Shown here in pieces: positions 11,601-25,005 of a stretch of DNA of 64,000 nucleotides. Source of the DNA: Camelus ferus (Eukaryota); NCBI RefSeq assembly GCF_009834535.1, contig NC_045696.1, positions 46,750,001-46,814,000 of the forward strand. Reading direction: 5' to 3'. Position 1 is the stretch's first letter. The number at the start of each line of letters is the position of its first letter. The notes under the pieces were generated by a model, which was not told the DNA's origin, did no database searches, and worked only from the letters and a program-made list of their open reading frames with translations. A program made the translations under genes and the position numbers.

Positions 11601-14600
11601 AGTGGACGTTAGGAAGCTCACAGAAGTGTTCAGTTAGATACACCAAGCTAAGATGTCTACCAATTCACCAAGGAGTTATTTTATTATATAGTTTATGCTT
11701 GTCAACAGAATGTATCATTTGAGAATATCAAAGCCACTGACTGAGAGGGTGTTTGCCCAAGTCACACCACAATCTTGTCTTTCTAAGAGAAAAAAAAACA
11801 GTAAATATCTGATTTGTCCCCAGATCTTCATGCTTCTCTAATCTCCTCTTTCACTCCAGGACAGACACAGGTGATGTTCTGCCCAGACTGCTGGCCAAAG
11901 GAAGAAGTCCCTCACTGCACTGCTGCAGAAGCCCCGGGAGAGCCTGTGGGGTCCCATTTTCCTCTACTGCCAAATGCTCTCTTGATCTGCAATGGTTCAT
12001 CACTGTCTTATCTCCTTTCCACTCCAAACTTCTCTAAGTGAAAGGGAAGAAAGATCCTGGTTTCACAACAGTGCCGTCTTGGGCTGTTACATTTTTTTTG
12101 TTGGTGTCTTTCTTATTACTATAGTTTATTACTATTTGCTCTTTGTTATACAGCCCAGTTTCCCTGTAACTTGCAGAACCGGTGCAGACAGGGCTGGCCC
12201 GGCATCAGCCTGAAGGACCTCTGGTCACGCTCCTGCATCTGCGTGGAGGCAACTCTGCCGCATCCTGAAAACTGCCCAGGCCGGCTGAGAGGAGACTGTC
12301 GAAAGCTGGCCTTTGTTCTCTTCTGACTTAGGGATTTTAAGATCCAGAGTTTGGAGGTCATCCTCAAAATGGCCGATTTTCCATGTTGTGGGGCTCCTTG
12401 GTCCCCCACATCAACAGCTGCTTAAAGTCTGCACACTAGGCCTCCTGGAAGTTTTAGCTTGTATAGAACGTAAGCCCTTGCTTGGGGACCAGTTATGGAC
12501 CATTCAACATAAAATACACAGTGAGGTTCTCATGTAAAAATCCAATCCTTTCTCCCAAGAAATAAGTGAAATATCTCTGTCCCTGTTCTTTCTTAGGGAT
12601 GGTCACCTTGATTCTCTGTCTTCTGATAGTCTGCTTGGATTTTCAGTCAGATATCAGCCCATTTCAATTTGGTCATTTCCTTAATCCCAGGAATTTTGTG
12701 TTAATTGCAAAAATTTCTCAATCTCTCTGTCTCTGAGCTTTAATTCTCTCTGAACTTCATGATACATGAAAGGTTTTGGTACTTCTTCCTTCATTGGCCA
12801 GCAGACAGAAACTTGTAAGGCTGAATGAAACCTGGAAGAATTCCCCCACTGTTCAAAAATTATAAATCAATGATAAATTCTGAGTCATAGCATCAGTCAT
12901 TTTTCTGGGCTGAATCTCTCTGAGGATTTTACTGTTTAACTGAACTAATTCTCAGAGAGACAGACTCTGTGTCCCAGTCTTCGAAACTCTGTGTTCAGAT
13001 AGATAACAGCCCAGCTGATAAGACAACCTGATGGGATGTCTGTGCCTCTTTTTGTGGAAAAAAAAAGGTCATCCCTGGCCTGTAACCCACATAAGCCTCG
13101 TTCTTGCCAAATTAAAAAGCCTGCCTAACAGACTTTAGAACTAAATTCCCATCTATTTAATTTTTTTCTCATGTTATAAATGTAATTCAAGTTTATTATA
13201 GGACATTTAGAAAAATGAGTTAGCAAAAAATTAATAAATAAGTCAATAAAAATTTCCATAATTCACCAAAGATATTTGGGGTTTTTCTTTGCATATATTC
13301 TTCCAGACATTTAAAAAATATATATTTAAATGAAAATAGGATTCTATTATTTGTTAATCTTTTTTCTTTTGTGGAATGAGTAATGTTTGCCTTGGATTTG
13401 AACGTCAAAACTGAAAAGTGAGACTCTTTCCATTTTTTCCCATAGTAAAAAGATTTTTCCTGAAGTCAGGTGAGAACAAACCAAGAACAAATACAATAGC
13501 AACTTACAGCACACAACTACGTCGTGTGCTTGTCACACTTCTGTCCCTTGTTCTTCTAGTTTGGGTAAACAAAAGTAAGATGACAGAGAAGGAAGGGACC
13601 CCTGTCCAGTCAGATCATTGTGTGGTCTCCCTCTGTACTGGGTCTTGGGCTATTTATTTTTATCCAGGAAGAAGCCTCCTCTGGGTGACGTGACAGGCCT
13701 TTTGTAGCGGTGGGTTCTTGGCAGGCAACAGTTAATGGTGACATTATTCTGGGATGGGAAGTGGCTCATAAGGTTGCCTCACATTGGAGTGCCCTGTTTT
13801 GACTTGCATACTCTCAAGTAGGGGTGGAAATGATGACCAGAAGCCCCAGTCAGGGTGGGGGTCCTGCCTCTGGGTCCACTGATACTGGCTACTTCTTTTC
13901 TGTCCATATGTTCATATTGTTTTTTCTGTATGTTGACAAGATGGACAGACCTTTTTTGGCAATTATTTTGGTTATTTTAGTTAATGTTTTTCTCTGCTGT
14001 CATCTTAGGCAGTTTATAAAGGTGAACTTGTTACAGTTTTCTACTTTATAATCATCACAATCCATGTTAGGAAATATTTCCACTGCAGTACTGTATGAGA
14101 TAGAGCTTACCTTTATTTTAAAGGCTAATATTTTTAGATAGTTTAAATCATGACACATGTGAATATAAAATGAACACATGCCAAAGATTTCACTTATCTT
14201 ATTAATTAATGAAAAAAAATCAGTAAGATGTTACAGTTGGTTCAAAGGCGAATCCAGGGCAGATAACTTATATGTAGATATAGATAAGCCATCAGAAATA
14301 TTGAAATAAATAGATGAAAAACTGATGAATACCCACAATGCAATAATCAATTGCATTCAAGGCGACACAGTTTGTTTGCATTTTCTATGGATATTAATCA
14401 TCTGCACTATTATCAGTTTTCTACAACTTACAGGATTATAAAATAGCTCAAAGACAAAGAAAGATGGCGATGACCTCTAGATTGGCACCGAGTATTCGTT
14501 TTTGCCCATTTCAGATCATTCACATTTCTAAGTGGAGTCTGTGTCCCCTGGCTTGGCACTAAGAATCTTTTCACTCTAGCTATGGGGCAAGCCAAGTCCG

Positions 14601-16039
14601 TGTAGGAAAGGATTTTCCCACGATATGCAGTGGGGAAGCTGTCCTTATGCAACAGTTTATTGCCATACCCACTAGATCATCAACTGGTCCTTTGGTGATT
14701 GGGGAGAAGAAGTCAGAATAGGTTGGCTTCTTGGGTGACTGACTTCCCTTAGTGGGAGCGAAGTGTCTGAGCAGTCAGCTGGGCCCCCGAGAACACAGGA
14801 GACAGAAATGAGAAACATGTGCCTTCATATCCTCTTCTTTCAACAGCCCTGGGATTAGGATCTCCTTTGCTGAAGTGAAACTGTGACATCAGGGTGACCC
14901 ACGAGACTGAGCCAGAGGGTTATGGCAGGGCGAAACAGACCAAATTCACACTGTTTCAATACACAATTTTTACCGCCTAAACAATTTAAATACTTAAAAT
15001 ATTTAAGTCATTCCTGCCAGTGTAAGTTTCACGGGGATTGTAACATCATCTAATTTTAACCACTACATTTAAAAGTATCTTCAAACAGTCCTGCCAGTGC
15101 TCAATTTAACTCATCTCTTGAAAATATAGTGCTCACAGAACTACTCAGACTAATGAGTGGTCTCTGGAAACCATTAAGGCGGGGAGCATTAGGAAGGGTC
15201 CTGTCAGCAGAAGCAGACCAGCCCTAAGGGGATTTTCCAGACTGCCCAGTGACATCAGATCTCTCGGACTGGGAGAGTCCTCTCGAAGTAGATTATTTGT
15301 TTTGGAGACATCCTGGATACTCACTAGTAGCTGCTTCTTCTAAATTAGTTAGATTCTAGCTTGATTGACACAGGGCGCACTTCCCTGTTTACTTTGCCTG
15401 AGGGGAAGTTCTGGTTCTCCTAGAAAAGGTGGGGCAAAGAAGAGGTCTTTGACCATTCTGACACCATGGAATCTCCTTTCCCGGAAGGTGCTGGCTTCAC
15501 AGAGTTGAGCAAGGGCCTGGGTAGAGATATTGGACAGCTTCCCGGCAACTCGTGAGTCAGATCATTATTATGAAGTTTCATTATTTTGTTTAAAGGGAGT
15601 TCCCAGGACTTCAGCTGCACTCAGAGGCTTATGTTAAGCAGAAATGCATTCTAAAATCAAGCCCACAGTCACCATGATGTGGGACTTTCCACCCCTCTGC
15701 TCCTTGTTATCTATGAATAGAATTAAGAAGAGTATGTTGGGGTCCACATTTACTTTCTCTCATATGTGGTTTGGTATACATTCTCAAATCTAATTTGTGG
15801 GCTTAATAAGCCATGTGACCATGGGCAAATCTCTTGACTGTCTATGTGAGTCACTCCTCTGTGCATGAGGGGCAGGGTGACCAGATGGTCTTTCAAGTCC
15901 TTCTGACTCTACACATACTTCTGCAATTCTCCAAACCAAGTCTGAGTTCCTTAAAACACTTGTCAAAAGCCCTGTGCCGGGCCAAGCCCTTGGATAACCA
16001 TGGCGTTGCACTTAACCTAACTTCTCAATTAAAATGGAC

Positions 16040-16205
16040 TATTACTCTTATTTTATTTATTTGGTGCCCGTCTCCCTTGCTAGACATTAAACTCCAAGGG
16101 GACAGGGCCAAATTCTTTCTCACTCAACACTACCTCCCCAGCACCTAACACAGGGCCTAGTACATTCTAAGCACTTAGTAAGTATTTGTTGAACAAATAA
16201 ATGAG
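16040..16205 (+). mobile_element. L2 LINE 3' end
   Basis: CCCCAGCACCTAACACAGGGCCTAGTACAT...GTAAGTATTTGTTGAACAAATAAATGA. Confidence 0.75.
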
Positions 16206-19200
16206 GGCGCCAGGGGCTTGGATTCTTATCTGCTAGACAACGGCAGTGAGAAAGCCTGGCGGGGGTGGGACTGGGCAAGCGTCCCCAGCTGCTTTTACCT
16301 CGAAGGCAGAAGAAGCCTTCAGGCAGCCGTGATCGTTGCCCAGGGCTGCAGGATTTGCAGTACTTAGTCCCTAAAACCATCCTAGCTGGGACTTCACGCT
16401 CTGAGATGGATAGAGCAATACATCAGTTGTGCAGCTCTACGCTTGCCTGGGCTCGACCTACAGAAATTCTGAGTGGGTCGAGGATTTAGAAGGCTGCCCT
16501 CTCACCTCTTTGCCCTGGCCCAGACCTGCCAGACTGACTCTAACTCCATTCACAGTGCTCACCCTCACTCAGCCCCTTAGCCCTGGGTTCTCTCAATCCA
16601 ATCCCAGTGCAACTCAGCAAGTCAGAGCCACTGCCAGGGCACCAGGCCCAGGGTACAAGCGGGCTCTGACCCCCACCCAAGTTCCCTTCACCAGCAGTGA
16701 GCCCTGCTTGGCATGGGGTTTTGTCCACCAGGAGGAAAGGGCCAACCTTGAGGGGTGCGGTTAGACCAAGCCATGACCCAAACGAGTAATTTTTAATGGT
16801 TTGCATCCTTTTTGTTTTCTTGTAACTCTAAAGAGCTAAATGTCCTAAATACACTGCTCAGTCACTACATGTTACATAAAAGCGCAGGATCTGAGCTTTA
16901 TGCAAAACGCAGGACTTGCTCTTCTTACACCTGCCATTGTATGGGAAGTCCGCAGGCCTGCTTAAACTTTCTTCTCCCAGGCTCAACTCAGAGGAAGGGG
17001 AGAAGCCAAGAGAAGGCCTGAGAAGGCTCCTCTTCCCTCTGCATCTTGGGACAGCACTGTTTACCCAATGGACAGAGAACTGTGCCCCCTACGGATATAA
17101 ACGTCCTCTCGCCAGCACATAAAGCAAGACATTTTCACCTAACATCAAATTAAACTTCAATAACAGTTTTTAGCTTAAAAACTTCCCTGATGTTCTCTAC
17201 AAGCATTTTGTTTTACTCTTGAAATCTGTGCTCTCTACTGGAGGTTGCTAAATACAATATTCAGAATTTGGAGTAACAGCGACTGTTGGGGTGCACACTG
17301 GGACTGAACGGGGACAGATGACAGAGAGTCAGCTCGGCTGCACTTTGACAAGCTCATTGTTTGTCCATAGGGCTTAAATGTCTTTCAGGATAAAACTCTG
17401 ATTAATATGTGATTTTTCCTTAAACACTGTAGATTATGATCAAAGGCAGCGTACACTTAAGCAAAGAAGTGTGAGAGTAAAAGCATTTTCCTTCCTTCTT
17501 TTGCTGAGTCTCTTCCTAGACTTGCAATCCTAACTTAAACCTTGGGGGATATTTGATGATGTCAGAAGCCATTTTTGAATGTCCAGCAATTGATACTTGA
17601 TACATGTCTCCTGGATGGGATGAAAATGAACAAAATGCATCTGCTCTGCAAGCTGTTGAACAGAACTTGTAATTATAATATGTATCTGAAATTTGCATTT
17701 AAAATATTTTTACTCAGAACCTACAGGGAAAGGGAAAAATTGGATTTTAAATGCACACGTGTGTGTATATATATGTCTGTGTGTGCGCGTGTGCGTGAAC
17801 GTGTTTGCAAACTCTGGAAAGGAGGGGGGATGGCCAAAGGACAAGTCATGGCAGAAAGTGCCTCTCTTTTAATAACAAGCAGCAGAAACAGAGATAATTT
17901 GGTCTGGGAAGGCTTACTGTACTTCTGAGAAGTCATTTGTATATTGCTAAGTGATTTGCATATTGCTGGGCCACCAGGTCCCTGCCCGGTGTTCCCCCAG
18001 GCCTCTCTTCTGCCTCTTTCCCACTAGGAGGATAGTAATAAGCTGGCAGGAAAACACGGAGCGAGAGCAAAAGATGCCATGGCAGGAGCTCAAAGTCACT
18101 ACTTACTTTAAACTCTGTAAAGATCTGGGGACAGATCTGCCCTGTCAGCTTCTCAGGAGAAGAGTCAGCCATTATTTTCTCGCTTCTAGAAAGGAAACCC
18201 ATTCTAGGGGTTATGAATGTGATTCTGTGTCTCAGCTTGAAGTTTAAATCTTTTCAAGCATGTAGTTATTAAGATGCCAAGTTGCCTCCCTTAATTACAG
18301 CCTTTATTATGGTATTGAATACTTTAAATGCACTCCTTATCACACCTGAAGAGCAGAGCTGTTTTGCCGTAATGGACTTCTCTCAATGGGCTGCTACTAT
18401 CTTCTCTACTGAATTAATTTTTAGTGATCTCCTAGGAGTGTTCAGTGACGGGGACCCTCCCAGGAGCGTAGGGCGGGGGTCTCTGGGATGGGATGGCTTT
18501 CAGGGAGCTGTAGATTTTGTCCCCCATCCCCACTTGCTGTAATTTGAGCCCATGCAGTCAAGGAATGAAGGCCTTGAGACCAAGCTGGTGTCTTTAATCT
18601 AGAGAGGCTGTATTTATACGGGGCCACCAGACAGAGCAGGACAAATCCAATCCTTCCTTAAGAGTTTCTTCTAAGGGAGCCAGCTACACTTCTGATGCTC
18701 CAACGAGGCTGGTCTGCTGAAGAAATCCAGCCCCAGAGGAGGTCAGTGTTTTGAGAGTTCCTACTGTGTGCCGGGTGCCGCCTTGCCTCCTTTCATTGAA
18801 TTTGCCTCAATCATTGGAGTCCCTCATTCATAAAGCTGACTTCAAACTATGTATTTTGGGCCCACTTTTTGGATGAAGGTTCAGAGAGGTGATGTATGTG
18901 TTCCAAGCAAACAATAGCTGGTAGGTGGTAGTTTGGTCCGATTTCAAGGAGGAGACTTTTGGAAAAATGGCGCACTGATGAGAGGGACAGGAAGGCGAAA
19001 TCCGGAACTGTGCCTCAGTCCTTTCCGGGTGCTAGACAGAGGTCGCTGCAGACCAGCAGCTCCCAGGAGACGTCTGTTCTCTTGTCCTTTTACACATCCC
19101 CTTCTGGGGTCACTTTCAGCACTAGACAGAGCCTGCTGTCACAGCCACCTCAGCCTTTACAAATGAACTGTCTCGTCTAATACAATCCCACACCGTACGT

Positions 19201-19830
19201 GGAGGCTGGTGGATTGTATCTTTGCAAAGCCAGAGTGATGAGTCTGGCTGGCACCTCTCTTCAAATTTTCCTTTCCTGTCCTGGACCAGACCTGGTGTGT
19301 CGCTTCATCCCCTGTCCTCCTCTTTTGGAACCAGGCCACACAGGATGCAGAATGGAGATGGAGGCTGTCATCAAAGATCAGGGGATGGCCCTGGAGTTTG
19401 AGAGGTTTCTAGACAAGCTGCCAAGTCAGGGTTCTGGTGTCCCACCTGGCCTCACTAAGCCCAACACAAAAGTCAGTGGAGTTAGATTTGGCCTTCCTAG
19501 AATGCCTCTAGGTTTGTATTTATGAACTCCGGTCTCTCTTCTTGCATCCTTTTGTCTCCTCGTGGTATCTAATAATAATAGCAACAATCATAGTAATTTT
19601 AAAAAATACCTACTGTTTATTAAATGCTTGCATTACATATTTTATCTTGCTTAATCCAGGCAACAGCCTAATGAGTTAAGCATGATCATCTCATTACTAA
19701 TGAGAGAGCCTATGGTTGTCAGCCCTAACTACATATGACAAGCACTCAGAATTTTTTTTAAAAAAAACATGGTCCCATGGAGATGGTTTTAGTTGCCTGG
19801 AAGTGGAGCCTGACAACTAATGGCTCGGAA

Positions 19831-19995
19831 CAGTGGCTGTGCGTGGAAATCACCTGGAGAGCTTTAAAAATATACTGATTCTGGGTCACACCTCTACAGA
19901 TTCTGATTTGTTTGGTCTGGCACGATGCCCAAGGCACTGGGATCTTTAAAAGTTTCCCCAGGTGAGTTTAACGTACAGTTAAGGTTGACAGCCAT
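19831..19995. mobile_element. MER5A-like hAT-Charlie element
   Basis: AATCACCTGGAGAGCTTTAAAAA...CAGATTCTGATTT...CCCCAGGTGAG...AGGTTGA. Confidence 0.7.
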
Positions 19996-21499
19996 GATGC
20001 TGGACTCAATACTTTGATCCCCAAGATCTGTGAGAACTGGGGAGTGAGGCTGGGATTTGAAATGACTGATCCTGATGTGCTTCTGAGTGTGAACACCACC
20101 CCTTTTCACTGAATGTTCTCTGACCCAACACCCAGTGGGAGCCATTCCTTATTGACATTTCCAGGTGATAAGTTCTGGGAGCAGTTTAAGCCTTTTTTTA
20201 AACTTATCGGTAGAAGGAAAAACAGCATATTTCACCAGAAGCATTATAAACCCTGGAAGTGGGTGCAAGCATTTTGACGGTTAGAGGGAGCAGGAACTCA
20301 GCCTACTAACTCCCACCTACATTTATGCACAAGCCAAGGTCATGAATCCTAGGGGCTGGGTGTCCTGGCAGCTAGGGCCAGCGCAGAGAGGTAAGTGTGC
20401 CCTGAGCCCAAGGCTTTATGCGCTCCTGAGCCCGCTAAGCCCTCATCTCCCTCCCACAGCATAGCTGCTTTCACTTTGCAACTCACTCAAGGGGTAAAAA
20501 AATGTTTAATTCCAAATTTAAACAAAAAAAGATAAGAACCTTCTGATCTCAGCGTTTTAGCCTTTTGAAGGCTCTTGCTTTTGGTGTGGATCTCCACTTT
20601 TCCTGTGGTCCCCAAATTTCGCCCCTGGGAATGGCTGCCCTGGCTAGCCCCGCTGTCGCGGGGACTGCCCAGCCTCCTTCAAGGTCTGCGAGGAAGGGCA
20701 GGCTCTCTGGCAGGCTTTGCGGGGCATGCTGGCCTTTTCGTGCCTAAGAAATCGTCACGTCAGTGAAGACTCGCACAGCCTGTGCTTCAGGGGTGTAATT
20801 CCTAACTCCAACTGCGGTCACTTTGGCCACACTGGTTCCCACAATGGTTTTTTTTGGGGGGGGTGTTGTTCTAGGAGGGGAGTGCCCTGCATTCACTTAC
20901 AAATGAGCCCAGTCTGACTTTTTCTTCTTTTGGGTGGCCCCAGGGGTGGTGGGGAAGAGCTGGAAGGCAGGGGTCACACTCTGACGCGAGGGCCCCATCT
21001 GGGTCTGCTCAGCCCGGGGGCCCTGTAGAGACCTCAGTGAAAGCTGCTGTCTCTTAGGTGTTAATCTCATCCTTCTCTCTCTCTCTGGGACCCAGACAGA
21101 AGCCAGTGGAAGTCTGGGCTGGGGAAGAACCTGGTGGTCAGAGGCACACTCTCATTCTGTAAGATCCCCTCCCCTTCTATTACCAATGGCTGTTTGTCAT
21201 TGGTCTGATGACTCTTACTTTCTTTTTCCCCCGGGGAAATTTCTCTTCTGGGGAGCCCTCAGTTCCTCAAACATACTCCTGGGCCCCTCCCCCTCCCTGG
21301 GGCCTCTGTGTGCCACATGACCAGGCTTGGACTGACTACAGTTTGGGCGTGCCCAGCCCAGTCTCCAGACACACCCTAGGAGTTACCTGTGGCTGAGAAA
21401 GGCTGTCAGCCCATCTGTTCACTGAGGCTGTATCATCATAACTCTCAGAAAATGGATGGCTGAAAAGTTTACTGAAAGCAATTAAATGAAGGAGACATT

Positions 21500-22530
21500 A
21501 ATGCCAGTTTCCTTCTTCAAGCTGCTCATGACTGAAACCTTGGCATTGCTTTTGCCTCCTCCCGCTTCTGTCCCCCTCCTCATTCCAGCACATCCTCAGG
21601 GCTCTACCTTCAAAATACATCTAGGGTCTGACCATTTCTTGCCACCTCTAGCACCTCCACCCTGCTCCAAGACACCATCATCTCTTTCAAAGCTCCTGAC
21701 ATCTCCCTTCTTCCACCTTTGCTGCTCTGTGATCTAATCAGCACAGCAAAGTAATGCTGCCAAAGTTAAATCAGATCATGTCACTCCTCTACTCGGAACT
21801 TTCCCTCCAATGCTTCCTCCTGTTTCTGAGCAAAGGGCTCACTGCCCAACACGCGTGGAAGCCAATAAAATAGCACTGGCTTTTGAGAAAAGAAAAAGTT
21901 TTATTGTGAGGCTGATCAGCAAGGAGACAGGAGGCCTGGTTCAAACCTGTCTTCCCTGATCTGGGGTTTGGTCAAATTTTATGAGTTAGGGGAGGAGGGT
22001 TGGTATGTGGAAGTGCTGGTGGGGCAGGTTCCAATTGGAGGGCTCTGGAACTTGGCCATTAACGGTAAGAATGGTAAAGGACTTCAGCACAGATCTTCCT
22101 GGAGAGCAGATCCTTCTTTTCTGACAGGGCTCCTGTGTTCAGTTTCTGGTCATGTCCCAGGCCTTCAGTTCCGTGCGGCAGAAACTTTGGTTCTGAGAGT
22201 TGAGTCAAAATGTTCTCGTCTGCGGATGCTTTGGCTGCATGATTTTTATCTATCATCTCTGAAAAAACAACTCAGTATCTTATTAGAAACAGGATAAGGC
22301 TAGTAGGAGGCTGGTTCTGCATTTACACAACCTTACCTGGAGTAAAGCCAGTCTTTACTATGGCTACAAGGCCCTGCAAGATCTGGTGACCTGCGATTTC
22401 TGTCTGCTCCCCTCCTGTGACTCATTGCACTCCAGCCACAAGGCCTTTGTGTTTGTTACTTCTTTTGCCTAGAACATCTGTCCCCAAATCCATGCATGGC
22501 TCACTGCCTATTGCACTTCACTCAAATGGT
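21500..22530 (+). mobile_element. L2 LINE fragment, interrupted by an LTR at 21821-22327
   Basis: CTCTACCTTCAAAATA, AAATCAGATCATGTCACTCCTCT, GGCTACAAGGCCCTGCAAGATCTGG, GCACTCCAGCCACA are L2 ORF2/3' motifs. Confidence 0.65.
21821..22327 (-). mobile_element. ERV1-class solo LTR
   Basis: TG...CA termini (TGTTTCTGAGCAAAGGGCTCACTGCC ... GCATTTACA); TTTATT (antisense poly(A) signal) about 80 bp from the left end; interrupts L2; no clean TSD. Confidence 0.7.
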
Positions 22531-22719
22531 TAATTGGTCAATTGCTTTGCATGGCACTGAATTCTAAATCCAGGTTTTGACTTAAAGCCTTTGCTTCTCA
22601 TTAATCAGTAAAACCTATATGTAAAAGATGTGGGAAATAGGTCCAAATCTGCACAGGTGAGTCCATCCCCCCAACTCTTTTTTTAAAAAGGAAGCTACCT
22701 GTTCATTGAGACGACACAG

Positions 22720-22721
<2 letters not shown>

Positions 22722-22759
<38 letters not shown>
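22722..22759. repeat. (AC)n microsatellite
   Basis: Directly visible. Confidence 0.97.
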
Positions 22760-22763
<4 letters not shown>

Positions 22764-24459
22764 AATTTTGCATTTGGCCACACGTGGGCTATTTATTATG
22801 GCATGTGGAAGAAATCTGTCTACTCACTAATAAGTGTATCTCAAGGGAATATCCAGACGAATCCTGAGCAAGTTCTGACAACTTTTATGTCCACTGAGAA
22901 CCAAGTGAAGTGTGAATTTACTTTGAAAAATGGCTGATGGTAATGAAAACGTCAAGTGAACTCTGACTCTCTGTAACCGTAGTAGATGGATTCACCTTTT
23001 CACAAAACTTCAGCATGTAAAATGGGTTCTGATCTCTCACCAGGATAAAAACCTGTTCAAGGCTATGGCTGGAGGCCCATGGTAGCAGTAGCTCAGAGAG
23101 GAATCTAATGGTTTTTAAATGATGGTTTTGGATGCTTCTAAATTATTCTCGGAAACTGGGTAGGGCTAGCCTGACCGCTTGGATATATTCATTTTCAAGT
23201 GGGAATATTTTGCAGGTTGGCTGCAACATGGTGATTAAAAAAAAAAAATCACACACACATGTAAAGTATGCATTTCTGCGCCAGCTCAGTGTGTGGCTGT
23301 CTCTATCATACATGGTGTATCTATGATGAAACAAGAAGAAATTTAGAAAATACTGACCCAGTGCCAGCTTGAAATATAGACGCCAAGTTAAGACAGAGTT
23401 TAAAACTCAAAACAAAGTATCTTAGACCCAACCTATTTTTCACTTAGTAGTTGAGTGTTTATGTTTCTTTACTTTCTTACAAACCCTCAAAAATCTACAG
23501 TCTGACAAGTTTTCAGAATTTGGTGCCAGAATTTGAATCTATGATGGTTTACTTTTATGTTCCAAGGGAAATGTAAAAAACCCAACAGTTCTATATTAGT
23601 ATAGCCGAAGGCAATGAATAAACACTTGATTTAGCTATCCTCACATAGTGGTACCCTACAGTCACTCAGGTGTTTAATCCATCTTACAAAGCTGCGCATT
23701 AAAAAGGAAGAAAAGGTAAAAGGTTTCCACGTTTGTTTTACGCCCTTCCTACCACACATATGCTATCCTTTGATATAGCAGTCATGCTGCTAACAGAGAT
23801 CTCTTTGAGAAAGACCACATACTGTCCTCTTTAGGATAAACTATGTTAAATGAAAGGGCTGGCTGCTTGCCTCCAGCTGAGCCGAGGAAAGAGGAAGTTT
23901 AAACTGTAGTTATTTTTCTAACCTCATCTAAATCTATCATCTTTTTTTTGTTGTTGTTGTTCTGTATTTTTGGCTTTTCCCTATATATTCCAAATAGGGG
24001 TGAAGACTGGAAAGGCTTGAAGGAAACTGGGAAATCAGAAGTAATGAAAATCCGAAACTTAAAAGAAAAGGAAATGTTGTATGTACATCTTAGCTCTCAG
24101 ATTATTTCTAAATCATTTCTATGCTCTTCTGCTTGCTTTTCATTCAGATTCAACTAGCATCACCATTTCTGTCACCTCCCATGTCCCAGGTTTATGCTGA
24201 TCACTGTAGGTATTCAAAAAAATGAGACAGGACCCCTCCCCAATGGACTCATCATGATGTGGGGGTGTATAGGTAAGCTATCATTATGACATAGCAAGTC
24301 ACTGAAGATGCACAAAATTATAACTCAGTTGTATTCTCATAGCTTTAACAATATTCTATAATCAGAAGTCAAATGTCAATTTCAACCCACTGCTAAGAAT
24401 TAAAAATTCTCCATGATTCCAGACTTTTTCCTACGGATATGTAAGTAAAGGTACATATT

Positions 24460-25005
24460 TATGAACTGGGGGACCCCAAAACCACCCCCAAGTCCTATGA
24501 TTTGCTAGGAAGATTCACAAGACTCAGCATAGAGACATATACACAGCTAAGATTTATTACTGAGAAAAGATACAGAGCCAGGTCAGCAAAGGGAAGAGGT
24601 TCATGGGGCAAAGTCTGGGAAAAACCAGGCACAGATTTCCCAGGGACACCTCCTGATGTAGTCATGTGGGCGTACTTAATTCCCCCAGCAATGAGTTGTG
24701 AAGTGCTGTCCCCCAGGGGAGCTCTTCAGAAACTCCAGGGTTTTTACTGGGGGCTGGTCACACAGGCAGCCTCTAACTGGTAGAAACCAAAATTTCAGAC
24801 TCCCAGAAGGAAAGCAAGTGTTTAGCACAAACCATCTTTATTTGAACAAAGAGTTTAGGCATGGTGAGCCCCTCTTATCTGTTGGAAATGGTGTAAACTC
24901 TCCTGAAGTCCAAGGTCCTTCCTGAATGCCAACCAAGAGCCAACTTTGCAAACAGGAGTTTCAAAGGATTATAGTCAGGCCTGCTAAGTTAAGGTTCCTA
25001 TACAA
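24460..25005 (-). mobile_element. ERVL solo LTR (MER68/MER77-like)
   Basis: CCCCAAAACCACCCCCAAGT...GATTTGCTAGGAAGATTCACAAGACTCAGCAT, GGGTTTTTACTGGGGGCTGGTCACA and AGTCAGGCCTGCTAAGTTAA resemble recalled MER21-group LTRs. Confidence 0.7.

Noticed and set aside
12400..14690. Possible ancient LTR/ERV-internal or unclassified repeat sequence
   Set aside because: No termini, TSD or diagnostic motif I could support
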